Shown one piece after another: positions 40,701 to 54,148 of a stretch of 64,000 nucleotides of DNA. Below the pieces are notes generated by a model. It was not told where the DNA came from. It searched no databases and worked only from the letters and a program-made list of their open reading frames with translations. Within the stretch, counting starts at the first letter, position 1, and each line of letters begins with the position of its first letter. This stretch comes from Tubiluchus corallicola (taxonomy: Eukaryota; Animalia; Priapulida). A program made the translations under genes and the position numbers. Location of the stretch: NCBI GenBank assembly GCA_030141605.1, contig JAQGDQ010000492.1, positions 62,237 to 126,236 on the forward strand. The letters run 5' to 3'.

Positions 40701-41889
40701 GTAAGAAAATCTGTCTGTATTTAGATATTCTTCGCGGTTTAGTGCGTGTGAAAAACAACGAACTTTTTTAGAAACGGTGCCTGCATGCTATTCGGAAATC
40801 AGGTAAATGCATTAGGCTGGTGATCACAAATGAAAGAAGTTCAACAACATATAATCGAACTAAGATCATCTATCCAGAATTAACCGATTACGTTATCGTT
40901 TCCAATAAAAGTAGTTTATGGGACTTCATGTAAAAATCTATCCAGCTTTTATGTCGTCACGGTGTAGTCCAATTTTGTCTCACCAACCACTAAGCTCACA
41001 CATGTGTAAACGTGTAAAAACCAAAATGTATGAAAAACTTGAAAAGCAGCTTCTTATTACATTTTTTCGGATAGCGGCATTTTAAAATGCTTTTAATGTC
41101 CTTCTCATTTTATATGGTACCTCTTATTAATAGGTCACACAGTCAAGAGGATCCGCCGGTAGCAAAATAAAATCAAGAATTAACACGCCCTAATCTGATA
41201 GCTCAGTCCCGCCTGTCTGTATTGTGAAATTATGGTAGTTTATATCCTGGACAGATTAAACAATTACTCGTGGTGTATTAGTAATGCTATTAACCTAGTT
41301 GCTACATTGTCATTGTTAATTCGTATATGCACTGCGATTATATATACAAGCTGGAAAACTAAATTCTATCATTCTAATTCCAGTTGAAACATTGTTGTGT
41401 CTGCTTATACTGTTTCACGTTATTCTAAATTGTTTAAAAGTCGAAATCACTTATGTTGTTATCCTAGATAGGTCAGCATGTTTCTCTAATTTACGGCATT
41501 TTTATGCTTCGTTTTAACAGTTATGCTCGATATAAAATAAACGTTGCATTAAGGAAAATTTTAAACTTTGTGCATTCCGTGCATCTTCAGTACACAAGCA
41601 AATAAATCCAGTTCGAACATATTTATCTCAAAATCTATTGATTCTATTGTAGAACGATTTGGTGTGTGCACTATCAATACATAGAATGCACGTGGAATGA
41701 ATGATATAATACGTTTTGTGCTATAATGAAGAGTTGAATAATATTGCCGAAATCGTTTGATTCTTTTCATCAAGAAATGCTAACTCTTGCTATCATTTTG
41801 TTGAACTATTCGACGTTGTTAACAATTCTCACGTAAGATGGACTAGAAATATATTAAAAACAGTCGGACCAGAATTCTGAACGCTGATA

Positions 41890-42583
41890 ATGTTGCCATT
41901 ATCCTTACCTGATTTTGTAATGGTAATGCTATTGTTGCCTATTGTCAGTATCGACAGAGTCCGTTGCTTTATAAAGCCAACGTTCTGGCCAGATCAGATT
42001 GAAGAAAATAATTGTGAATTTCTAAACACCCATCGTAAATATTCATTTAAAGTAACTGTGCGAGTAACAATCTCTTCAGATTGTAGAGTTTTTACGGGTG
42101 AACATCATAAGCTACTTACTAAACATTTGTTAATGACCATAATTTATGCTAGGGAGATACCAACAGACGTTGTATGGCGAGAGTTAGCCATTACAGAATA
42201 CCGATGGTTTGAAGTTGATTCTAAACCTCTGGAAGTGTCGTTTGATTTCATGAAAGACATAAATGTAAGAACTATAACAATTCAAGAAACCAATATTCAA
42301 GGGCTTGCAGAGAACTTTCTTCCTAATATAAAAACTCTTTCATTTGTGTTATTAGCGTATAATCGCCAACTTGCTTATATACACCCGAGAGCTTTTGCTA
42401 AATTAGAAGCCCTTTGGAGTATCGCCATTCTTGGAGCCCCAGCCCTAACGGGATCGGATTTCAAGATGGATTTTTCCCCAAATCCAAAAATTTCGCGAAT
42501 TTTGCTTAGTGGTACAGGACTGACTTATATGAGCAAGCCTCTGTTTAACAAAATACCTGACAAGATGGTTATGCAGCTCTGGA
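41890..42583 (+). CDS. LRR gene E exon 1: signal peptide and first LRR domain
   Basis: Hydrophobic N-terminus (FVMVMLLLPIVSI), IHPRAF and LLSGTGL. Phase-1 donor TGG A|gtaggt. Confidence 0.8.
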
Positions 42584-43551
42584 GTAGGTATTTGTGAGTT
42601 TAAAAATGATTTAGAAGTTTATTTTCTGCTATAATAAATAATTAAGAATCAGTTATGTCTGGGTCATATTTATGCTTGAACTTATTTTTGTATTCAAACT
42701 TATTTTCAGTCAGAAATTAATGACAATTAACATTTAAGACCCAAATTTTTCTTCACTCTCCCATATAGTACATAGAGCGTCATTAGTGTTTGACCTATTG
42801 GCAAAGCAACGCAGTCAGCGTCATCATTCTAAATGGTTTAGATTACCTTAGACGACAAATGTCTACGTATGATAACTTTGTTTGGAAATACAAGCAAGTA
42901 CAACAATCCTGCATACCAATAGCTTCAATTTCTCTTTGCCCATGGTTATTGACAGAACCAGAACGTCGATAAAATTGATCTTTACACCTTGAGTACAAAG
43001 AGGCGTTTGGAATTTGCATAGTATGTAGGTGAATTTGATAATAATATCTTATTTAAAAATGCTTATTTTGACACAGAGTATGTGATAACATGTTCGTACA
43101 ATTTACTATCACTGTAAATTGTAAGAGGTTTTTTTTAAAAAAAGACTGCTATTTTCAGTTTTTTAATTACTTACATTAGCTGTTACGAAGTAACCTTGTG
43201 TCTCTTAATTTTACTTCTACTCACTATATGGGAGCCAGCACCCTTTCTGATTTATATGCGAGGACAGAAACACTCAAAGAAATATTTGCTTTTTTCGCTC
43301 TGCTGACATTGTTAATAAAAAGCACAATTGTGTTTTTTAAATTACGTTGCAACCCGAATTTCCGCTTTATGTAAGAATCATTAATAGAACTTCTTGTGTA
43401 ACTTGGGTTTTCTACCTTTATTTGCTTAGAAGCCCGCAAAACTTAATTCCCTGTGCCCTTGGCAGATTCGTGATATTGAATAACAAAACTGTAAAATAAA
43501 TGGTAACTTTTCAAATGTTTGTCACTATCATCAGTTTAATTGCTGTTTCAG

Positions 43552-44334
43552 ATAATAATTTTCAGTGCAATTGTTCAATGAGGTGGATCTTGGCAGAATC
43601 TTGGTCATCACAGTCAACAGTTGATTGTGCTAATCCACCCATAAAATCCATGAAACTTTACGACTTTGACAAACTTTGTGGTTATCAAGAGACTACAAGC
43701 CTGCCCTACTTTACAACAACATCAGAAACCTATAATGGAACTGAAATCATCATAACATACAAGAATTACACGAAACCTCCTTTTGGATATAAAAGCAAAT
43801 GTCCTAACGTGATTTATATTCCTCCAACATGTGAAGTAGTACAAGATATCCCTTGTAAGTTGAGGTGTGGTTATAAAGTTGAGATGAATATAAGACCGTC
43901 AGTTCTTAGAGTCATTGACGATTACTTCGACTACTTCTCTGGAACTGCAGATGAAATGAATGAGCTGGTACTTGAACGTGTCAGAGCTGAAGAGTGGCCT
44001 GCTGACGTCCTAAAAGGTCGCTCAATAGGTTACCTAACGATAAAGTGGTCAGCGATGAAAAAGATAGGCGAAATCAAAGCCAACGTCACCAGGGTTTTGA
44101 GAATAGCGGAAAATTACAGGTTAGCAACGATTTCACCCAGATTCTGTCAGTCCTGCGAACATGTTCAAGTCATTGAAATTGAGGGCGCCAAGGAACTTAA
44201 AATTCTGCAGCCTCTTGCTTTTTCAAGTTGCCGCAAGTTGCAGAATATTTTAATCTCTCGAACGGGTTTAAAGTTCATCCCAATGCCGTTATTTCGGGAC
44301 AGAATGCCAGAACATATAATTCTACGGCTATTAT
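43552..44334 (+). CDS. LRR gene E exon 2 (C-cap, linker, N-cap, LRRs; 783 nt, phase 1-1)
   Basis: Acceptor tgtttcag|AT, then NNFQCNCSMRW. Donor TTA T|gtaagt. Confidence 0.85.
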
Positions 44335-44642
44335 GTAAGTTCATTTAATAGATGCTTAAATAAAATTTAATATCAAGAAGCAATATAACAGCGAGGCACA
44401 ACTTGTAAAGGTGGCGGAGCAATCGCCTAACAACCTGTCATCCAAGGCTTCGTATCATAGATGTTCATAACCATTATCTCAGCGCGCCGTTAGTGACAAT
44501 TTTTCTTTTCTTCTTCGTCTTTTTTCCAGTGAATAAAGTGAGTAGAAAAGAATTTAGTGCGAGGCGTCAAAAGCTAATTGGAAAATTTTGCTCACTTTAC
44601 AGAAGCAGTTTGGGTTTACTGTGGCCCTTTGTAGTTATCTTG

Positions 44643-44780
44643 TAAAATAACTTTAAAATTATCTAGAGACTAGAAAAATAAACTTTAAAATTATCTCCAC
44701 ACTTGAAAAATAAACTTTAAAATTATCTCCAGACTTGAAAAATAAACTTTAAAATTATCTCCAGACTTGAAAAATAACTT
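44643..44780. repeat. About 33-bp tandem repeat, about 4 copies
   Basis: Unit close to aaaaataaactttaaaattatctccagacttga. Confidence 0.85.
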
Positions 44781-46939
44781 CAAATCTTTATCTCAAATTC
44801 ATATATTCCTATTGGTAAGCTTTTGTTTCTTCTGCAAAAGCGCAAAGCAACTACAAATTTATTTTTTGTATTTGCAAATTGATCGCTTTGGAAACCGCTA
44901 ACAGTAATCAACGTTCAAGGTGTAATAAATGTGAATCATAAACTAGATTTATGTAAAATAGAATTAAGTACAACCGGAAATTGTACAAATGCCACTAGAA
45001 AAGTGAAACGTTGTAACCGCTTCTTCCAGTTTAGCACCTCAAGCAGTGAGCGGTGTCTTAGTTCCTTTGCAAAGTTTTGCAAAAAGTAAAAAGCATTTGA
45101 TTCAGACTTGCATCATTTCTAGTGCTCAGAATGAATATAAATGCACTCCTGAAAAATGGTGACACGTTTGTCCTGTTGTCAACAATATACTCTCTGGTGG
45201 GGACGCCTGTCAGGGGATGTCACGTGATTTTATGGAATGGTCATGCACACGTCTCCACCAATCAGCTTTTAGACATTCATTTTCTTATTTTTAATTTAAT
45301 CCGTGAGTTTTACAGCGATCCTCTTTACCCCACTTTCCTACAATGAAATAACTATTAACTTCTATTAAATTGTTGATATTGATACCATTGTCACTAGTTT
45401 TCATTTTTATCCGCCCGTGCCAGTGTTCCTGGTCAGATGTAGGGCCCTCTACACGCCCTGCTTCCACGTCAGCAGCGACTCACCCTTTCTTGTAGGTCCA
45501 GACGTCTTGTTTGGGCCTACACGTGGTGTGAGAAGCCAGCTGACCTGGAATGCCAGTATAAAAGCGCGTAGAGGTCACTACAGCCTTGATTTCTGACACA
45601 GGTGCTCCTCGGGTGTAGTGCTGTTACTGAGTTAGTTAGTTATTTTTTGTGCACGTGTTATTTGGTTCCTAATTCCTAATAAACTCCGTACAGTGTAGTT
45701 TTTGTGTATTTTGTTTTGTGAGAGTTAAATGACATGCTATAACAGGTATAAGGTACTAGTTTACAGACATTAATTTAGTTATTTAACATAACATTTGTAA
45801 TTAACATTAACATTTGTAATTAAGTATCGGTTACACAACTATTATAAAATGGAACGTCACGGTGCGCAATATGAAGACCGCCATGCCGTCTTGGAGTTCG
45901 ACCCCCTGAGGCATCCAGTTTTCACATTCTAATTCATGTAAACTCACAAACCCAGAAGGCTAGAGTCGTGCAACTTGCCTCGGGTAGGGTTCTTGAAAAT
46001 GCTGTGTTGAGCAGTGACCTCCGTCAAAGGGTCAAGACACGGAACATCGGCAATTGTTCAATTGCCAATTCAGCTTCTCTTAAAGCTGTGAGTTAAATTC
46101 AGAATTTTTCATGCCTATTTTGGATAGTGTGATTTAGATGTGCAATTTAGATTTTAAAAAACTGAGAGTCAAAATACATATCACTGAAAAATTCTAAACT
46201 ATAGTAACTAGAGTCACGGAAATTGCAGAGTAAAAACCCTACTGTATGTACGTAATGTGTACATAAAAAGTTTTTAGCCTTATAGCGTGTTTATACCACA
46301 GGAAGTAGAATTATACAAATTCTTATTAGTTCACCAATTTCCGTACATTTTTTTATTTTGTAAAATGCTTGTAAACTCCATTTTTAATCCATTAGTGTTA
46401 CGCATCCATTTTAGAAAAAGTATTGAGTTTTTGAGATTTCTTAAGCATCTAATCGCACATGAGTAAGCCGCAGTAGGCCAAACACAGTCACGTGATAAAT
46501 AGTGTCATGGTTGAATGAGTTTAAGGGTTCCAGGACGGAATCTCTGCTGGAATGGGGCCAAAATATGACTATTCAAGCATTTTGCGCAATTAAACGTGAG
46601 TTAATCACATTGGACCAAAGCATAGTCAAGTGAAGATCTATGTCATTCGCCTGTCCCTACATGTTATTCATTATCTGTGTGCTGCGTCCTTACTTGCACA
46701 GTCACTAAATAGCTGTTAATGTTGATGTTGTCTGTGGAATGAGTGATGGTAAATAAATCTTGTCTTTGTCTTTGAAATTTAGTGACGAGCGTGGAAGTAA
46801 GGGCGGAAGTAACTACACTATGTAGACCAGGTAAAATCAGGTGTAAACACAGTCGCGGCGTTTTGCTCGCGGATTTGGGTCTGAATCATTGGATTTTTTT
46901 TCATGTTGATTCAATTATGGCAGTGTTTTGTTGTTTCAG

Positions 46940-47614
46940 CGAATCCTCTTATCTGTGACTGTAACATGGAGTGGACCAAGGATCGACAATGGCGTTCGTC
47001 TAGCATTGACTGTGAAAACCCGCCTAGGAATCATGTGAAAAACGAGATTAAACTTGGGGAATTCATTGGATGTAGCAACAAAAGCGTGAGAATCTGCATG
47101 ATTCCAGCTAATCCCTGCACTGCTGCACGACACGCCTCAGAAAATGGTTGTCATGTAAAATGCGGTTATGTAATCGGCCATGTGCCAATATTCGAAGGAG
47201 ATGTGAAGTTGATAATGAAGGCCCTTCGGCCATGGACGCACACTCTGACCATTGCTAATTATGCCGAAACTCAACTTCCTTCAAATTTTCTTGAACGCAA
47301 GACAGTCGAGACGCTTCGTCTGACCGATTCAAACTTAAAAATACTGACCCCGATATATGGCAACGTTACCAACAAGGTTTCAGTTTTCCGTCAGGAACAC
47401 TTGACCGCTGTCCATCCTAAAGCATTCTACAGACTGAAATCGTTGAAGCGAATTTATATTTCAAATTGTGAGAAGTTAATAACAATAAATCTGGATTTAT
47501 CTGAAAGTTCACAGTTTGAGGAGCTCTTTATAGAGAAAACGGGAATTTACAGTCTTGACAAACCCAAACTTCATCCCGACAGACCATCAAGCGAAATATT
47601 ATTAACGGTTGTGA
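46940..47614 (+). CDS. LRR gene E exon 3 (675 nt, phase 1-1)
   Basis: Acceptor ttgtttcag|CG, then NPLICDCNMEW and VHPKAF. Donor GTG A|gtaagt. Confidence 0.87.
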
Positions 47615-48239
47615 GTAAGTAAATTAAATCTCTTTAGTGTTTGGAGTTAATTCTACGCCTGTCGGGTTGGTAACTGGTTTTTTTCATTCTTAACTACCTG
47701 ACGTCTTTTTGATTATTTTAATGAAAAGCAAATAGGCGCAGCCATGACGAGACAAACAAGACTCGTAAGGTAAGTAGTAGTGCCCGGTACCTGTACCTTG
47801 TGAATACTGTCACATCATTGTGAAGGTACAGTGCACCAATCCTTTCTTTAGGCTTCATTTTTGCTTTGGTGGCACGTGTTAGCATGTTTTCTTAAAAGCA
47901 CCAAATAGGCGGGTAACCATGGAAAAAAGAAATAAGTGAAATTAGTGTAAACTTTGTGAACTCACAATTACATAAAAAATTGAACTGTAAAGTTTGAATT
48001 AAGACTTCAGTTTCAATCACTAGCGCTGAGTAGTCAAGCGTTCTTGGCGTTGAACTTGTAATCCAAAGTCCGGGCTCTTCACACTGATTTATGTATTTGT
48101 GTTTAATGACTAATCTTATGGCTCAAGATTGTATTAGTTTCAAGATAAATTCGAATTTTGATCAAATGGAAGAAAATGTAAAAAAGTTAAGATAGAGTTT
48201 TTATTTGAACGTATACATTCTACTCCACGGCTGTTCGAC

Positions 48240-48500
48240 TTACTTGCTTACTTGATGCCCCCACCAGGTGGAGGCAGGCCAGCACAGGTAGCACCCCGAA
48301 CCATCGCACGCCATGGCTTACGGTCCTCGCAGTACGACGGCAGCTCTGTGAAATCAACGGAAACTTGGTGGTAGCGGACCAGCCCAAGAGGAGCACAATA
48401 TCGCGCTTGATTTGATGCCAGAAATGCTTTTGTTGACCTCCTCTGCGGCGCTTTCACGTGCCGCCGCGTCCTGCTGCCACCGGTGCCGGCTCGAACATGG
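48240..48500 (-). mobile_element. RTE-like LINE 3' remnant
   Basis: GC-rich island translating ...CEDRKPWRAMVRGATC... (DR..WR motif typical of RTE ORF ends), followed by a short caagtaag repeat tail. Confidence 0.5.
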
Positions 48501-48681
48501 AGATGAACGGTAAGCGGGAGCGGGCCATTCGAATTATATCGTGTTTTCGAAACCAGTATAAGTATTTCGAAACCAGTTGATTACTCTTTAATATATTGTA
48601 TTAGTTGATACGTTGTTGGAATTAAAATAACTAAAGCCGTAATCATAAATGTCTGCATGGTCTTGCGTTGGACTTGTACGA

Positions 48682-48725
<44 letters not shown>

Positions 48726-49087
48726 ATCTTTATTTGCCATTAAAAACATTGATAATCACTGATAAAAACTTTATAGAGATAATCAATCAGTGTTAGTTAA
48801 TAAAAACTTACACTGCTGAAGGCAAATGCGTCAGTGCAATCTAAACTACTGTGCAGTAATGACGAATAAAATCAAACATATTTACAACCATATACAAAAA
48901 AATAAAAAACTAAAAAAAAAAACTATGATTTAATTAATATGGCCGTGGGTATATGAATTCTGAATTAGTGTGTATGTTGTCGTACTGGTGTGATGGCATT
49001 TCGTATCTTGTTCAAATTCATACTTAGTCTTGACTTTTCCACATCCATCATCCACTCATCTTTATTAATACTATGCAATTTTTGTAG

Positions 49088-49801
49088 AGAACGATAACTT
49101 GAATTGTGATTGCTATTTGGTATGGGCAGACGAATCATACTGGCACCGAGGAAGTGACTTAAGATGTCATATTTTCGGCGAATTGGTTATTTTTTTAACT
49201 GTCCCAAAAAAGGGCGATGTTTTGCATTGTGTGCAATCGACTGAGACGCCAGATTATTTTATTCCCACATTTAGTCCAATTGATTATGGAGTAGACATGG
49301 CTGAATGTATATCCGTAAAGGCTGGACCGGACATCATCGACGTCACATGTGGTGCAAATTCAAAACTTTTTCAAGAGAAACTGATCGAGATGTGGCACAA
49401 GTTACCCAACGTCACTGGTGAGCTACTTATTGCCAACATTGTGGAGAAAAAACTACCAGCGAAATTTCTTGAAGGTAAAACAATTGTAGACTTGAAAATA
49501 CGAAAATCTGACATTGAGGAACTTGAAGAAAATGCTATATATGCTAATATTACAGAATCTATAGAATTTACTCGCAATAAACATTTGACAACTGTCCATC
49601 CAAGAGCGCTCTTTAAAATACCGAATGTGAACAAAATTATGTTCTGGGACTGTCATGATTTAATAACAGCAAACTTGGACTTGTTTAACAATTATATTGC
49701 ACTCAGTAGCATTGTATTTCGACTCACCAATATTGGAACAATGTTGAAACCCATTCTTCACCCTAGAAAACGAAACGGTAGCGTCTACTTTGAAATAACA
49801 G
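49088..49801 (+). CDS. LRR gene E exon 4 (714 nt, phase 1-1)
   Basis: Acceptor ttttgtag|AG, then NDNLNCDCYLVW, LPAKFLEGK and VHPRALF. Donor ACA G|gtaaga. Confidence 0.86.
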
Positions 49802-50436
49802 GTAAGATATTTCAATTTCTAAAGCAGGGCAAAGTTTAATCTAATACATGAGCAGATTCCTGGATATTTGGGTCTGACACAAGGAGGGTGGTTGTGACGT
49901 CACAGTGGTCATGTTCTAGAAAGCTGAATACAAAAAAGTCAAGGTGGCACTTATGGAATAACTTTGAATTAAACGTACATTTTGATTATGTATTAAAATC
50001 AAAACACAAAATTAACACACTTTTAAGGCGATACATACTCGTTATTAGATCTTTAAGATCAAAGTACAATAAAAAGTTTTGCAGCGAACTCATAAATTTC
50101 AAAACGTATTGCCTACGTAAATATTAATTAAATATTTTTTACCAAAACAACGTGAGGCAATGTGAAAATGTTTATCGTAACCACAAGAATCTCGCTTGCC
50201 TAAATTTTATTCCAGCAATTTATTTTTTATTACTCACTTCACAAACCACTCTAAGAACCAATTAAAAGCGACGCCAAATTAAGGCATCTCTGCCCCTTTA
50301 TGCATTTGATCTGTGTAATTACATATTTATATTAGTTAGCTTTTATTTTACTGATAAGAGCTGTTTAAAGTGTGTGATCTCTTGGCTATATCTTTGCCTG
50401 TTTGTCTATTTCGGTTAATTACTGGTCATTGGCCTT

Positions 50437-50740
50437 TCTTTGCGTTAACTTATATTGCACACAAAGATTGATGTTCTTGCGTTAAGTTACATTTCACACA
50501 AAGATTGATGCTCTTGCGTTAACTTACATTTCAAACAAAGATTGATGTTCTTGCGTTAACTTACATTTCACACAAAGATTGATGTTCTTGCGTTAAGTTA
50601 CATTTCAAACAAAGATTGATGTTCTTGCGTTAACTTACATTTCACACAAAGATTGATGCTCTTGCGTTAACTTACATTTGAAACAAAGATTGATGTTCTT
50701 GCGTTAACTTACATTTCACACAAAGATTGATGTTCTTGCA
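50437..50740. repeat. 37-bp minisatellite, about 8 copies
   Basis: Unit ttcttgcgttaacttacatttcacacaaagattgatg. Confidence 0.92.
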
Positions 50741-51131
50741 ATGTCAAAAAACCAATTGTTTTCACCTCCTACCTCTATATTGTGATGGTTCGATTTATAA
50801 CGAAGCCGTTGCATATAAAAGCTGCCGATATGGAATGGCTTAAGCAGGTAGACGGACTGATACGTGTACATACCACATAAGCACCTGTTCCGCAGTTAAA
50901 CTAGCATGGAGACGCAAGATAAGTTACTGTCAAGTCTTTTGACATTAATTTCTCTGTTTCGACAGTTACTTTTCTACAAAACACTGAGGCTTGTTGAATT
51001 GTGTGGCTTCCGGAAAGTTTCGATTCGAACCGGCCGGAACTAGCTACCACCATTCCCTGGGGGCGAAAACTTGACGGCAGAACAATATAAAAGCGAACTG
51101 CTTAAAATTAATAACGTTATTTACATTTTAG

Positions 51132-51373
51132 GCAGTCCTCTTGTGTGTGACTGTTCAATGGCTTGGCTCAAAGAACCTGGGGCGTGGGTTTCATCAACAG
51201 TTGATTGCTTGATTCCATATAGGAAACATCAAGTGATGGAAATCGCCTATTACGAATTTTGCTACAGCGTACCACAAGGTGCCGTTTCGGGTGTTAAACA
51301 ACTGACTCTAACTTGTTTTCCAATTATGCTGCTGTTTATCATGAAAGAGACGTGTTTAACTGTTGTACAATAA
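51132..51373 (+). CDS. LRR gene E terminal exon: C-cap and GPI-signal-like tail (spliced product about 1035 aa)
   Basis: Acceptor cattttag|GC, then SPLVCDCSMAW. Ends QGAVSGVKQLTLTCFPIMLLFIMKETCLTVVQ* (small residues, spacer, hydrophobic tail). Confidence 0.83.
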
Positions 51374-52135
51374 TTAGCCTGTTTTTGAAAGTGAATTTAA
51401 TTTATATGCTAGGACACAGGCAGGAATAATCGGATTATTTCTCATCAACTTGACAGGATTAAATATAAAAACAAGTTCTACGCGATGTACATTTCTAGCC
51501 CATGAATTAATATGGGCTTATCCGTTTTTGTGAAACTGGATTAAGTCACGTTCATTTTACTGTAAATTTTTAAATAAACAACAAAATACACAAGTAAAAT
51601 TTATTTTGATTGCACAGTCTTTTCAACCTCGACATGTGGCTGTCGTCAAGTGTGGGCTGAACAAATATAATATGGGGTAGATCACATGTCACGCAGTATG
51701 CGTCACGCACAATTGAGTCATACCATTGTTCAAATACTGAAGAAGGTTATTAAGATGTCATGATGTTTCACAATGACGTCACACTGCCTCCCGTCATCCA
51801 AATGACGTGGCGTCATTGAGTTGCTAGCTACTGCATTGATTTTCAACGAACCTAAGTATCCCAAAGTTTAGCGAACGTACTATCAACTACTACCTACAAC
51901 GAAGGTTATAGAGACAATGATGAAAAATGACGTGGAGTGAATTCATTATTAAAGTGAAGTGGCATTTTGTCAGAAAGTACTTTTCTAAAAAACTTTCAGA
52001 ATCTAACTGCTTTTATTAGGCCTTCCTGCACCTACATTGTTACGTCCTAAAGTATTAGGCCTAAAGCATTGTGACACAACTTGCATTTCAAGCTCCAGGT
52101 AATTTTGTACAATTTGATGATTCTTAAAACTGATT

Positions 52136-52802
52136 ATGCATCACATAGTGCAAAATTTATTGTTTTTATACTTCTGTTGCACCAGCGTAGTTCCCAGTTA
52201 TGCTATACGTGACGGACTTGATCCAAGTGACATTGCACCTGACGACTTAAAAATACCATGTATCCTCCTACCAAAAATAAATAATTGTTCATTCTTAACC
52301 TACGTTTACAGCGAATGTTATGGCAAATACCACTGTTATTATTGGTGCGGCAATGGCGCGAAGTTAAGCACAAGTTTACTCCAAACAATTCTGAAAGATC
52401 CTACAATTCCACCATTAATATATGATATGTACATCGAAGATTTTGCTGATGAGTCGTGGCCTAGTGGTGTTTTGGAAAAGATGAAAATAAATAACTTGAA
52501 AATATCGCATTCTAGTCTTAAAGCAATAGATAAGAATTTTATACATGCAAACGTTGGCAATTCAGTGTATTTATGCTGGAACCAAGATCTAAACAACTTG
52601 CATCCTCAAGCATTCTCTAACTTGGAATCACTCCGCCAGGTCTACATATCAGAAGCGAATAATTTGGACATAGACAGTTTAGATTTGTCATCGAGTGATA
52701 ACTTTACAAGTCTGTTTATTGATGGAACGAAAACGGATTTCTTTCCTAGACCAGAACTCAGCCCCTATGCAGTAGTTGAAAAGATTAGCATGCGTCTGAC
52801 AC
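52136..52802 (+). CDS. LRR gene F exon 1: signal peptide and first LRR domain
   Basis: MHHIVQNLLFLYFCCTSVVPSYA is signal-like; LHPQAFSNLESL is present. Phase-1 donor ACA C|gtatgt. Confidence 0.85.
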
Positions 52803-53262
52803 GTATGTACATTTTGTTTGACTGTCTTTATTGGGGGAAACAATAACTTTATTAAAATATGTTTGAAGAGTTTTATTCAATCGTGGAGCTGAATTAGCAA
52901 CAATAATGATCACTAGAACTTTCTTTCTATAAAATGGCTTTAATCACGATCTGTTTATTGATTTTTTTCGATGGCTGTCTTTCATTCTACGCATCAATAT
53001 GTTTACAATAACATTAAAGCTGATTTTAATGTTCTGATAGCTAGATGCTGTTAAAAGGCTTTCCCGGCCCATAATACGCTCTTGGCCATACAGGGCATAT
53101 TATTTAATTTATTTAAATAATTTGAATGTTGCTTAAATGATTTAAACTTTTGGAAAGCAGCACAAATTTGTTGTTAAAGCACTAGTGTCATAATACTGCC
53201 TCAAATCTACCAAAAATGTGCGTTTTGCACAAACACGAAGTCGGTAAATCTATAGCCGAATA

Positions 53263-53908
53263 CCTTACCTTAGACCTTAGTCCTTCCTGCGCATTGATGC
53301 ACATTGGGCAGACAGCATTTTCCACTGAGTTCTATCGGCGGCTTCGTTCTCTACGTTTTCCCAACGTATGTTGACAGCTCGAAGGTCTTCTTTGAAGGAT
53401 CTGCGCCACGTTGTTTTTGGCCGACCTCTTTTTCGTTTCCCACCAGGTGGTTCCCACTGTACTGCTGTTTTGGCGTAACGACTTTCTGATAGACGGAGAA
53501 TATGTCCAGCCAGTTTCATTCTTCTCTCTGTAACTATATCTTGTAACCGCAATGACTGCGCTCGTTGAAGAACTTCTACATTGGTGACATGGTCGCGGTA
53601 GGAGATTTTTAGTATCTTTCGAAGGCATTTTTGGTGGAAGACGTTCAGTTTCTTTGATAACTCCGCTGTGACTTTCCAGGTTTCGCTGGCATAGAGAGCC
53701 GTTGGCAGCACAATGGCGTTGTACAGACGAAGTTTGATTTTCATGTCAATTTTCTTGCTTGTCCAGATTTTTCCCATCTTCCTAAATACTGCTGTTGCTT
53801 TGCCGATTCTCCCCCTGATGTCATTTTCTGTACCTCCATTACAGGTAATCACACTGCCCAGATATGAAAAACTGGTAACGTTCTTAACCATTTGGCCTCC
53901 CATTTGGC
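53263..53908 (-). mobile_element. 5'-truncated RTE-clade non-LTR retrotransposon with a 14-bp TSD
   Basis: Open ORF with FSYLGS...DIRGRIGKA...LYASETW...GKRKRGRPKTTW...DRTQWK. The tail is taagg-repeat. TSD tctatagccgaata at 53249-53262 and 53909-53922. Confidence 0.93.
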
Positions 53909-54148
53909 TCTATAGCCGAATAAGACTGGGGAAAACCTACAAGCATTCTGCGAACAAAAGCATTTTGCATTAACTGTTTATACTGATCGTTTGGTTGTTT
54001 ACATGTGCATCGTCGTGTTCAATTCAGTTAGCAATAATAACAAGTGCGCATTTACTGAATATGATGGAAACAGATTTCCTGAATAATTTGAGGTACAACA
54101 TTTTTTATTCTGCGCATGACATTATGGATAATGCTTAGGATCTAAATA

